Part shown: positions 56,498 to 64,000 of the stretch, one piece after another
Layout of the letters: the number at the start of each line of letters is the position of its first letter
Numbering within the stretch: the stretch's first letter is position 1
DNA from: Candidatus Gastranaerophilales bacterium
GTDB taxonomy: Bacteria > Cyanobacteriota > Vampirovibrionia > Gastranaerophilales > Gastranaerophilaceae
Direction of reading: 5' to 3'
NCBI GenBank assembly: GCA_944323195.1
Contig: CALURR010000122.1
Location: forward strand, 46-64,045
DNA: 64,000 nt
Made by a program: the position numbers and the translations under genes
The notes under the pieces: model-generated
What the model saw: only the letters and a program-made list of their open reading frames with translations
What the model was told of the DNA's origin: nothing
Database searches by the model: none

Positions 56498-58515
56498 ATA
56501 TTTTCCGGCTCTTCAATTTTTACTCTTTTTGCATTTCGATAAAAATCTCGTTTTTGCTCTCTTGAATCAATGTTTTTTGTTGTCAATTTATCGAAATTAA
56601 TTTTAGCAGACTCTGTACCTAACAAAAACATGAAGTCAAAATGTGCAATATCCCTAACAAAATCGTAAGACAATATCATCTTTAAATCTTGAGGACCAAA
56701 AATCACATAAAAACGAGATTCTGTTAAGAAATCATTTTCGTAATTATCCTTTAGGGGTGTAACAGTAGCTCTATAACCTATAGCAAATTTATTGTTGAAA
56801 TTATACTTTTCATTCAACATAATAGAATGTTTACCATAACGATATTTATCAAAAACAAAAGGGCTGTCGCCATGAACACCTGCTATCAAATAACCCAAGC
56901 TTGATTCCCAGCCTTTTAATTTAGTTGTAACCATAGGTCCAAAACGAGCAATTCCAACCGTTTCACCTGAACCATAAACAGTAGCTTGAGCTTGAGAAAT
57001 TAAACCGAAATTTAAGCCCATCTCTTGTTCTTTATTTTCATATCTGAATATATTCTTGTTTAATTCAAGCATATATCTAAATCTTGTTGTTGCATAGGCT
57101 TCTTCTTGATCATGTTTTTGATAATCACTAAATATACCTGCATAAAACCCATGGTTAAACCTTACATCCAAATCTCTGATTAAATAAGATTTTTCATATT
57201 GCAATTGTGCAGCATATCCTGAACGCCTTGCACCCATAAAACCTTCGGGAATATAAGCATTTCTACCATAGTTTAAAGTTAAGCCATCGCTAAAACGGTA
57301 TTTTCCCCTTGCAACAAGGTTGGTTGTTGATGTCGCATAACCGGCTTCTAACATACTATTTTTTGACCTATGTCTTGCAACTAAACCCACACCTATATTA
57401 CTATCTCCATAAACCAGAGCAGGCATTAATTTTAATATTTGACCTTTTGGTAATTTATGCACAAAACCATAACCGATATATGTACCAAAAGCACGCATTG
57501 TACCACCTTCAGCACAGTTTGTATCAATAACTTGATTTTTCTTATCAGAAAGAATTTCAATATCAGAATTTTTTATAATCTTATGCTTACCATAAAATAT
57601 ATCCGAATTTTTCAATACTATTGAATTATGATCCTTATAGCTTGTTACTACAATTTCTTTGGCATCAATTTTATAAACTTCTTTTCTTGATAAATCGGAA
57701 CTTTCCCTTAAAATATCCTTGCTTTGAACTGCATCCCAAGCGAGATTATCCAATCTCATAAAACCTGTAGTCTGCAAAACTATATCTTTCTGCTCAGAAC
57801 TTTTAATAGTACCATTTAACATTTGAATATCATTTGCAATCAAATATCCTTCCTGTGCATTAATAACAAAGGAATATGCTTTCATTGTCGGATTGTCCAT
57901 AAGAATATTTTGCTCATTTAAATCAACTAGCATGTATTCTCCAGCCATTTCAGTTCCATCTTTTAAAATTTTAACATTGTCTGTTAATTTTATTGTCTGG
58001 CTAGGCTTATCCAAAACCGCATTGTCAGCCTTTAAAACTACACCTTGCGACTTTGCAATTATTTCTACATGACCTTTTGCATAAACATTGCCTTCTTCAT
58101 CATCGTAGGTAATTTTGTCAGCATTGATTTGGAACCTATTTTTTTCATCAACAGGTTCATCTTCATTTTCTATGGCAGTTACAGGACGTTTTTCGCTAAC
58201 TCCCTCTTCGTTTGTTTCTTCTGAAACTATATCTTTATTTTCTTTTACTTTTTTATTCCTTTTTTTATCCATAAAGGAATTAATTTTTTTCTCCAATAAA
58301 GAGCTGACACTTCCATCTTTAGAAAAATTAGGCAAATCAGGGTCATTGAAAGTCTTAACTTCTGTATCGTCTTCAATCTCTTGAATATTTTCATTGCCTA
58401 CGGTCCTCGCATTAATAACATCATATTGAGCATATGAAGCTTTATTTAATTGCACCGTCAACAAAGATGAAATTAAAAAAAAGTATAATGCAGACTTTCT
58501 TATATTGCTATGCAA
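56494..58515 (-). CDS. lptD: LPS-assembly outer-membrane protein, LptD/OstA family
   Basis: Signal peptide, an OstA-like N-terminal beta-jellyroll (INADKITYDDEEGNVYAKGHVEI...LKADNAVLDKPSQTIKLTDNVKI) and a beta-barrel-like C-terminal region of about 400 aa. TTG start with GAGGG upstream. Confidence 0.65.
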   Translation of the reverse strand: MHSNIRKSALYFFLISSLLTVQLNKASYAQYDVINARTVGNENIQEIEDDTEVKTFNDPDLPNFSKDGSVSSLLEKKINSFMDKKRNKKVKENKDIVSEETNEEGVSEKRPVTAIENEDEPVDEKNRFQINADKITYDDEEGNVYAKGHVEIIAKSQGVVLKADNAVLDKPSQTIKLTDNVKILKDGTEMAGEYMLVDLNEQNILMDNPTMKAYSFVINAQEGYLIANDIQMLNGTIKSSEQKDIVLQTTGFMRLDNLAWDAVQSKDILRESSDLSRKEVYKIDAKEIVVTSYKDHNSIVLKNSDIFYGKHKIIKNSDIEILSDKKNQVIDTNCAEGGTMRAFGTYIGYGFVHKLPKGQILKLMPALVYGDSNIGVGLVARHRSKNSMLEAGYATSTTNLVARGKYRFSDGLTLNYGRNAYIPEGFMGARRSGYAAQLQYEKSYLIRDLDVRFNHGFYAGIFSDYQKHDQEEAYATTRFRYMLELNKNIFRYENKEQEMGLNFGLISQAQATVYGSGETVGIARFGPMVTTKLKGWESSLGYLIAGVHGDSPFVFDKYRYGKHSIMLNEKYNFNNKFAIGYRATVTPLKDNYENDFLTESRFYVIFGPQDLKMILSYDFVRDIAHFDFMFLLGTESAKINFDKLTTKNIDSREQKRDFYRNAKRVKIEEPENI

Positions 58516-58575
58516 ATCAAACCCTCAAAACTAGTTTATATATCTAATTTACATCAAAAACAATTCTTATACAAA

Positions 58576-59736
58576 CTATCTTATGAAATTTAATGGATTT
58601 ACAGGATTACCTTTTTGACGAACCTCAAAGTGCAAATGAGGACCGGTTGAATAACCAGTAGTACCAACCTTACCAATTACAGAACCTTTTGCAACATTTG
58701 CACCTTGTCTAACTGTTGCAGCAGACATATGTGCATATAAGGTTGTTGTAGGAATTCCGTTAATGTTTCCATGGTTAATAATAACAACTCTGCCATAACC
58801 GCTATACCAACCAACGAATATAACTCTGCCTGAATTTGCAGCATGAATCGGCGTGCCATATGCAGCACCAATATCAACACCTGAATGGAAAATTTTCCTT
58901 TTAAATATAGGATGCATTCTCCATCCAAAAGGAGATGTAATTCTGCCGCCAACAGGACGAACGAAACCGCCTGTAACTACAACACTTGTACCCTCTTTTT
59001 GATTTCGTTTCATCTCTTGGTTAATCATCTGGCTAATAGCTCTTGATTGACGAGCTAAATCCTTTTCAGCTCTTTCCCATGTTGCTCTATCGGTTTTTAA
59101 TTTTTCAATTAATTTTTCATTTTTAGAAATAGCATCCTGAATATCTTCTTGTTGTCTGTTTATACTTGCAATAGAAGATTCAAGATTTCTTTTTTGCATT
59201 TCAATTCTTGCCTTAACCGCAAGAATTTCTTTCGCTACTGCGCGTGTTTCTTCAAGCCTTTTTTTGTCATACGAAATAACTATATTTTCAAAATACAATC
59301 TATCCAAAAAGGCATTAATGTCTTCAGAATTTAAAAGAAAATCAATATAATTATTTCTTTTATGCTTATAAATTTGCACCAGTCTTTTCGCAGTATATGC
59401 TTGATGTCGTTTATTTTCAACCAATAAAACATCAAGTTTTTTTTCTAAACTTAAAACTTCATTTTTAGCATTATTATACTCTTTTTGACTTCTTTGTAAG
59501 CTATGCTGAGTATATTCAAGTTTTTGTTGATTTCTATACAACCTATTAGTTTCAATTTTTTCTAAAAGTTTTAATTTATGAATTTCTTTTTTCGCATGCC
59601 CTCTTTGAACCTCAATTTGATTTTTCTGTTCATTTAATTTTGGGATAGCAAAAGCACTATCGCATGAAAAACAAAACAATATAAAACATACGACAAATAA
59701 CATTATTTTATTGTTAATTAATATTTTATAATTCAT
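58576..59736 (-). CDS. M23 family metallopeptidase with an N-terminal coiled coil (EnvC-like)
   Basis: Signal/anchor sequence, a coiled coil of about 230 aa, then HSGVDIGAAYGTPIHAANSGRV...TLYAHMS...GYSTGPHLHFEVR. Confidence 0.9.
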   Translation of the reverse strand: MNYKILINNKIMLFVVCFILFCFSCDSAFAIPKLNEQKNQIEVQRGHAKKEIHKLKLLEKIETNRLYRNQQKLEYTQHSLQRSQKEYNNAKNEVLSLEKKLDVLLVENKRHQAYTAKRLVQIYKHKRNNYIDFLLNSEDINAFLDRLYFENIVISYDKKRLEETRAVAKEILAVKARIEMQKRNLESSIASINRQQEDIQDAISKNEKLIEKLKTDRATWERAEKDLARQSRAISQMINQEMKRNQKEGTSVVVTGGFVRPVGGRITSPFGWRMHPIFKRKIFHSGVDIGAAYGTPIHAANSGRVIFVGWYSGYGRVVIINHGNINGIPTTTLYAHMSAATVRQGANVAKGSVIGKVGTTGYSTGPHLHFEVRQKGNPVNPLNFIR

Positions 59737-59742
59737 ATTTTA

Positions 59743-59847
59743 TTATAATATAACGCTTATTAAAGCACCTATACCAACCATCCAAGCAACCAAAAATACA
59801 GTCAAAACAATTACGATAATTCTTCTGTGTCTTCTAAAAAATTCCAT
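59743..59847 (-). CDS. candidate 34-aa single-TM micro-protein upstream of the M23 peptidase
   Basis: Below the ORF-track cutoff. My own translation is MEFFRRHRRIIVIVLTVFLVAWMVGIGALISVIL. AAGGG lies 7 nt upstream of the ATG, and the stop codon is 6 nt before the peptidase ATG. Confidence 0.35.
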   Translation of the reverse strand: MEFFRRHRRIIVIVLTVFLVAWMVGIGALISVIL

Positions 59848-59879
59848 TTTTTTACCCTTATGCGTTATTTCTATACAAT

Positions 59880-59909
59880 ATAATAACAAAAACAAGTATA
59901 CTATTGCAA
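59880..59909 (-). promoter_or_regulatory. candidate sigma70-type promoter for the micro-ORF/M23 peptidase unit
   Basis: On the minus strand: TTGCAA (59904-59909), 18-nt spacer, TATTAT (59880-59885). Confidence 0.3.
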
Positions 59910-59927
59910 ACAGCTTAACATTTTAAG

Positions 59928-61742
59928 TTATTTCAAAACCTTGCAACCCTCGTCAAAGAAATCTATTTTATTATCATAATTGTTATCAATTCCATCAAAA
60001 CATGAATTTTTCGATTCAAAACCTTCAGCCCTGGGAATATAATGCAAAAACTTTTTATCTATAGAATTAAATAAATACAAATAATAGTCCCTATAAAAGC
60101 CTGCTATTTCAGAATTATCAATCTTAATCATATTTTCATCATTTTTATGAAAAGCATTTTTTGAAAAATTACAACTTCCAATAATCAAAATACGAGAATC
60201 AATAACAATTGTCTTTTCGTGGTTTTTTCCACCCCAATTTTCAACAATAGTAGGAATAGAATTGTTTCTTAAAAAACAAACTCTATCTTTAAAATTAGAT
60301 GCTGCTACGCTATCTAATAAAACCATGACATTTACATTTCTTTTTTTGGCATCTATCAATTCATTAATCAAAGTTTTATCTGTTAAATAAAATATCGAAA
60401 CGAAAATTTCAGACTTAGCATTTCTTATTGAGGGGATTAAAACACTATTTAAAACATCATCCTGAGGTGAGAAATAAACCTCTAAAATCGTATCATTCAA
60501 ATAAACAGGTGTTTTATTGCTCTTGGGTTTAAATGTAGAAAATTTTGAACCATACATCTTTTCAAATTCATCCTTGTAGATTGATGCAACCTTATAAGAA
60601 TCAATCAAAACCCCAACATTTGCATTATACCCGCCGCTATCAGTTGAAGAAATATTAGCCGAACCTGTCATAACTTTTTTATCATCAAAAATAAAAAACT
60701 TATTATGCATTAATATTTCATTCTTATCAGTAACAGAATTAAAATCTTGGATAAATTTATTTGTAAAAGGATAAACATTATCCATGTTTTTTGAATAATC
60801 CAAAACGCTTCTGATTTTTACATTTCTACCCTTTGCCCTAATTAAAGCATCGTAAACCTCTTTTTGATCACCCATGCCATACAAAGCAATATCAATGCTT
60901 TTCTCAGATAAATCAATTTCTTTAATAAGAGCTTTGCAAAATGCATTTTTACAAGCTTTTTCAGGTTTAGAAAATTCAAGCGGATTTATCAAAAACAATT
61001 CAATATTATCAAACTTTTTACTTATTGTTTTTAGATAAGTTGATTTATTTTTTAGAATTTCGGAATTTTTATTCTGATTATAAGAAAAGCAAATAGAACA
61101 TTTTTTATAATTATTTAAATCTTTTTTTGAAACAATTTCAGCATTTGAAATCAAAGAAGCATATTTGCAATTAATGTTATGAATAATATCGTTTTTTAAA
61201 TTAACAACATAAAAATTATTTCCAAAAAACTCTTTAGCATTTAATTTAACTTGCCTTAAATTAAACAGCTGTAAGTAATCAGCATTACTACAATCAGAAT
61301 ATAAATATGCCAAACCAGATTTTAATAAAAATTCACCCAAATCAACATTATCAAGCTTTATTTTTATGTATCTTATCGGTTTATTTTTATTATAAAGAGG
61401 TAATTCAGACGAAATATAAACTTCTTTGCCTGCTAAATTATCTAAAGCCCAGTGTCTGGAACAAAAACCTGCCTTTAAATATTCCTCCACAGTCAGACCT
61501 AAAGATTGAATAATTTTTTCAGTACTTTTATATTTATATGGCTTAAAAGCAACAACATCTTTCAATTTAAAATGCTCATCGAAATCTATTATACCGTTAT
61601 CATTAATGTCTATATAAAACTCATCTGCTTCGAGCACTTTTAAAATTTTATGCTTATCAGCTTTTTTGTGAAAACAATTCAAAAAAACAAATATACAAAA
61701 CAGTAAAAATAATACAAAAACCGATAAAAACTTATTTCTCAT
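59928..61742 (-). CDS. membrane-anchored phospholipase D-family protein (two HKD motifs) with SNase-like and Ada-type Zn-binding-like N-terminal modules
   Basis: The ATG at 61742 gives a TM anchor (FLSVFVLFLLFCIFVFL). The SNase-like segment is ILKVLEADEFYIDIN...KLKDVV...GLAYLY, and the Cys module is HNINCKY...YKKCSIC. The HKD motifs are HNKFFIFDDKKVMTGSANIS and HEKTIVIDSRILIIGSCNFS. The C-terminal segment is CFDGIDNNYDNKIDFFDEGC. Confidence 0.8.
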   Translation of the reverse strand: MRNKFLSVFVLFLLFCIFVFLNCFHKKADKHKILKVLEADEFYIDINDNGIIDFDEHFKLKDVVAFKPYKYKSTEKIIQSLGLTVEEYLKAGFCSRHWALDNLAGKEVYISSELPLYNKNKPIRYIKIKLDNVDLGEFLLKSGLAYLYSDCSNADYLQLFNLRQVKLNAKEFFGNNFYVVNLKNDIIHNINCKYASLISNAEIVSKKDLNNYKKCSICFSYNQNKNSEILKNKSTYLKTISKKFDNIELFLINPLEFSKPEKACKNAFCKALIKEIDLSEKSIDIALYGMGDQKEVYDALIRAKGRNVKIRSVLDYSKNMDNVYPFTNKFIQDFNSVTDKNEILMHNKFFIFDDKKVMTGSANISSTDSGGYNANVGVLIDSYKVASIYKDEFEKMYGSKFSTFKPKSNKTPVYLNDTILEVYFSPQDDVLNSVLIPSIRNAKSEIFVSIFYLTDKTLINELIDAKKRNVNVMVLLDSVAASNFKDRVCFLRNNSIPTIVENWGGKNHEKTIVIDSRILIIGSCNFSKNAFHKNDENMIKIDNSEIAGFYRDYYLYLFNSIDKKFLHYIPRAEGFESKNSCFDGIDNNYDNKIDFFDEGCKVLK

Positions 61743-61883
61743 ACACGTAATTTTATATGATAAATGCAACAAAAAAGAAAAAATAAACTTTTGTTAATAA
61801 ATCTTTACTTAAAGTACTTGTTTATTAATTTTGTTTAATATAATATGGAATATGCTAGAACAACTAACAAAAAGGACAAAAAA

Positions 61884-62237
61884 ATGAATCCTATCATTGA
61901 TGAATTAGAAAAAGAATATACGCAAAAGGAAATGCCTGAAATTAACACTGGTGACACAGTTAAAGTTTTCGTTAGAATTATCGAAGGAAACAAAGAAAGA
62001 ACACAAGCATTTGAAGGCACAGTAATTAAAAAACATGGTAACTCAATCAACAAAACTATCACTGTTAGAAAAATATTCCAAGGCATTGGCGTAGAACGTG
62101 TATTTGCTGTTTACTCTCCAAGGATTGAAAAAATTCAAGTTTTAAGAAAAGGTGATGTAAGAAGATCAAAATTATATTACCTAAGAGAACGTTCAGGCAA
62201 AGCTACACGTATTAGAGAAAAAATGGAAAAAAGATAA
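61884..62237 (+). CDS. rplS: 50S ribosomal protein L19
   Basis: MNPIIDELEKEY...PEINTGDTVKVFVRIIEGNKERTQAFEGTVIKK...ITVRKI..GIGVERVF..YSP.IEKIQV is canonical L19. The ATG at 61884 has AGGA 7 nt upstream. Confidence 0.95.
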   Translation: MNPIIDELEKEYTQKEMPEINTGDTVKVFVRIIEGNKERTQAFEGTVIKKHGNSINKTITVRKIFQGIGVERVFAVYSPRIEKIQVLRKGDVRRSKLYYLRERSGKATRIREKMEKR

Positions 62238-62258
62238 AAATTCCAAAACAGTTTTTAT

Positions 62259-62297
62259 AATGCCTTGAATTTTTATTTTATCAAAATTCAAGGCATT
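62259..62297 (+). terminator. 15-bp perfect hairpin between rplS and rbgA (terminator, attenuator or processing site)
   Basis: AATGCCTTGAATTTT (62259-62273) pairs with AAAATTCAAGGCATT (62283-62297) across a 9-nt loop. The downstream sequence is tgttatat, which lacks a clean U-tract. Confidence 0.45.
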
Positions 62298-62315
62298 GTT
62301 ATATAAAGGTAAACT

Positions 62316-63173
62316 ATGAACCACATACATTGGTACCCAGGGCACATTGCAAAAGCTCAAAGACAGCTAAAAGAAAAACTTAACCTTGTCGATGTAATTA
62401 TTGAAATAATAGATGCAAGGATACCCTATTCAAGCTGGTATAAAAACACAGCTGAATTGTGTCCAAATAAACCAAGATTAATTTTAATGAATAAATCAGA
62501 TGTTTCTGATGAAAAATACAACAAAATATGGGCAAATTTTCTAAACAAAAAAACCGGTTGTAAAGTAATTACAACAAGCCTTACAAACAAAAATGACATA
62601 AACATAATAATATCTGAAATTCTTAGCTTATCCAGAGAAATAATGCAAAAAAGAATTTTAAAAGGTTTGCTGCCACGCCCCACAAGAACAATGGTAATTG
62701 GCATGCCAAACGTTGGCAAATCAAGCACAATCAACCGCCTTGTAAAAAGAGCAAAAACCAAAACCGGAGCTAAAGCAGGCGTAACTCGTCAACAGCAGTG
62801 GGTTAGAATAAATGATAAAGTTGAACTATTAGATACTCCAGGGATAATCCCCACAGTACAAGATGATCAATTTCAAGCACTTAAATTGGCTTGCGTTAAT
62901 TCAATTAGCGAAAATGCTTATGATAGCGAATATGTAGCCAATGAATTAATAAAAATACTTTCAAACCTATATAACGATAACTTTAGAAAATACTACGGCT
63001 TTGAAACAGATGAAATAATTAATCTGGAATCTATTGCTATTAAAAAAAACTGGATTTTAAAAAATTCGATTCCTGACACAAAAAGAGCTTCGTTAATACT
63101 GCTTTCAAATTTTAGAGATGGAAAAATTGGAAAATTTACTTTAGAGAGAATTGAAGAATATGACACTATTTGA
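62316..63173 (+). CDS. rbgA: ribosome biogenesis GTPase A (YlqF/RbgA)
   Basis: HWYPGHIAKAQRQLKEKLNLVDVIIEIIDARIP, with circularly permuted GTPase motifs NKSD...GMPNVGKSS...DTPG. Confidence 0.92.
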   Translation: MNHIHWYPGHIAKAQRQLKEKLNLVDVIIEIIDARIPYSSWYKNTAELCPNKPRLILMNKSDVSDEKYNKIWANFLNKKTGCKVITTSLTNKNDINIIISEILSLSREIMQKRILKGLLPRPTRTMVIGMPNVGKSSTINRLVKRAKTKTGAKAGVTRQQQWVRINDKVELLDTPGIIPTVQDDQFQALKLACVNSISENAYDSEYVANELIKILSNLYNDNFRKYYGFETDEIINLESIAIKKNWILKNSIPDTKRASLILLSNFRDGKIGKFTLERIEEYDTI

Positions 63174-63792
63174 CTTTGACAATCAAGAAAAGAAAGAAAG
63201 CCAAGCAAGTTGTATTATAGGAACAGATGAAGCAGGAAGAGGTCCTGCAGCAGGAGGAGTTTGGGCTGCCGCAGTGTGCTTTAGGGAAAATATTGATGAA
63301 AACCTTTTTGAAACATTAAACGACTCTAAAAAACTAACACCTAAAAAAAGAGAGAATTTATATGAAATCATCAAAGAAAATACGATATGGTCTATAAAAG
63401 CAATAACTGTTGAAAAAATTGAAGAAATTAACATACTTCAAGCTTCTCTTTTAGCTATGAAATATGCTGTAGAAGATGTAGCTAAAAAATTAAATAACAA
63501 AAACACTCTAACACTGGTTGACGGAAATAAACTAATTAAAGATTTTAACTTAAAACAAAAATTCATAATAAAAGGCGATTCAAAATCTGCCTCAATCGCC
63601 GCCGCAAGTATTTTAGCCAAGGTTTCAAGAGATAAATATATGGATAAAATTCATCTTGAATATCCCAACTATGACTGGATTAAAAATAAGGGCTATTTAA
63701 CTAAAAAACATATTAAAGCAATACAAAAATACGGCACAACTAAATATCATAGATTATCATTTTTAAAAAACATAATAAAAACCTCCGAATAA
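63160..63792 (+). CDS. rnhB: ribonuclease HII
   Basis: GTDEAGRGPAAGGVWAAAV, DSKKLTPKKRE, DGN..., SIAAASILAKVSRD and GY.TK.H motifs. The ATG at 63160 is preferred to the TTG at 63151. Overlaps rbgA by 14 nt. Confidence 0.92.
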   Translation: MTLFDFDNQEKKESQASCIIGTDEAGRGPAAGGVWAAAVCFRENIDENLFETLNDSKKLTPKKRENLYEIIKENTIWSIKAITVEKIEEINILQASLLAMKYAVEDVAKKLNNKNTLTLVDGNKLIKDFNLKQKFIIKGDSKSASIAAASILAKVSRDKYMDKIHLEYPNYDWIKNKGYLTKKHIKAIQKYGTTKYHRLSFLKNIIKTSE

Positions 63793-63803
63793 AATTCGGA
63801 GGT
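63781..63803 (-). terminator. rho-independent terminator of the flagellin gene, overlapping the rnhB stop codon
   Basis: ACCTCCGAAT aaa ATTCGGAGGT: a 10-bp stem, followed on the minus strand by TTTTT (complement of 63776-63780). Confidence 0.7.
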
Positions 63804-63830
63804 AAATAATTATTTTTATATAATTATTTA

Positions 63831-64000
63831 TTATACTAAGCTTAATGCAATAGACGGTGCTTGATTTGCTTGAGCCAACAATGATGTTGATACTTGTTGA
63901 AGTATTTGTTGTTGAGTGAAGTTTGACGCTTCTTGAGCAATATCAGCATCTGTAATGATTGATTTAGCACTTGATAGGTTTTCATATTGAGTTGTTAGGG
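63831..64000 (-). CDS. flagellin, C-terminal fragment; 5-prime part lies outside the window
   Basis: The reverse strand translates to LTTQYENLSSAKSIITDADIAQEASNFTQQQILQQVSTSLLAQANQAPSIALSLV-stop, the conserved flagellin C-terminal D0/D1 helix. Confidence 0.9.
   Translation of the reverse strand, partial: LTTQYENLSSAKSIITDADIAQEASNFTQQQILQQVSTSLLAQANQAPSIALSLV

Noticed and set aside
1-64000. Search by eye for CRISPR arrays, IS elements/transposases, integrases, rRNA, tmRNA, RNase P RNA, SRP RNA and riboswitch leaders.
   Set aside because: I saw no regularly spaced direct repeats. The only tandem repeat is the coding KKQQEL array. I recognised no transposase or integrase motifs and no conserved ncRNA signatures. 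Most 5-prime leaders are too short to hold a riboswitch. A covariance-model scan (Rfam) is still needed to exclude small RNAs, especially in 31559-31816 and 35881-36334.

Overview
Chromosomal window from a visibly AT-rich bacterium (about 30% GC by eye, not computed). I call about 60 protein genes, one tRNA-Leu(UAA), and many hairpin terminators that are often shared by convergent genes. I saw no rRNA, CRISPR array, transposase, integrase or prophage genes. Most genes are housekeeping. Translation and ribosome: fusA, rpsP, rplS, rbgA, rimO, rsmD, trmFO, glyQ. Proteolysis and nucleases: ftsH, pepA, rnhA, rnhB, sbcCD, rmuC. Cofactors and metabolism: lipA, an lpd-like gene, folK, DAHP synthase. 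Envelope: kdsB, an LptD-like protein, an EnvC-like M23 peptidase, two GT-C-like membrane proteins. Flagellar: flaG-fliS-fliT-like genes and a flagellin 3-prime end. Oxygen detoxification: a CoADR/Nox-type flavoprotein, a flavodiiron protein and a DUF1858 protein. Together these indicate a flagellated, LPS-bearing anaerobe or microaerophile. Several proteins look cyanobacterial in style, so a non-photosynthetic cyanobacterial sibling lineage (Melainabacteria/Vampirovibrionia) is possible, but that is inference only. I did not find a clear-cut, complete novel multi-gene system. The most unusual items are: (1) a bacterial P-loop kinase resembling animal-type phosphomevalonate kinase; (2) a protein with a tandem MshE/GspE-N-like helix motif, a candidate c-di-GMP receptor, next to the flagellar chaperones and translationally coupled to an asparaginase-II family gene; (3) an orphan TrpD-like protein whose catalytic motifs look degenerate; (4) a membrane-anchored protein combining SNase-like, Ada-Zn-like and double-HKD PLD domains; (5) paralogous acidic coiled-coil proteins beside an EF-hand protein; (6) a GC-richer HEAT-repeat gene pair next to a 450-bp non-coding spacer and the tRNA; (7) a 258-bp unexplained non-coding gap. 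All functional calls come from motif recognition by eye and need HMM or BLAST confirmation. Many ORF-track starts are upstream TTG/GTG extensions, and I trimmed them to the ATG best supported by a Shine-Dalgarno sequence or by homology.
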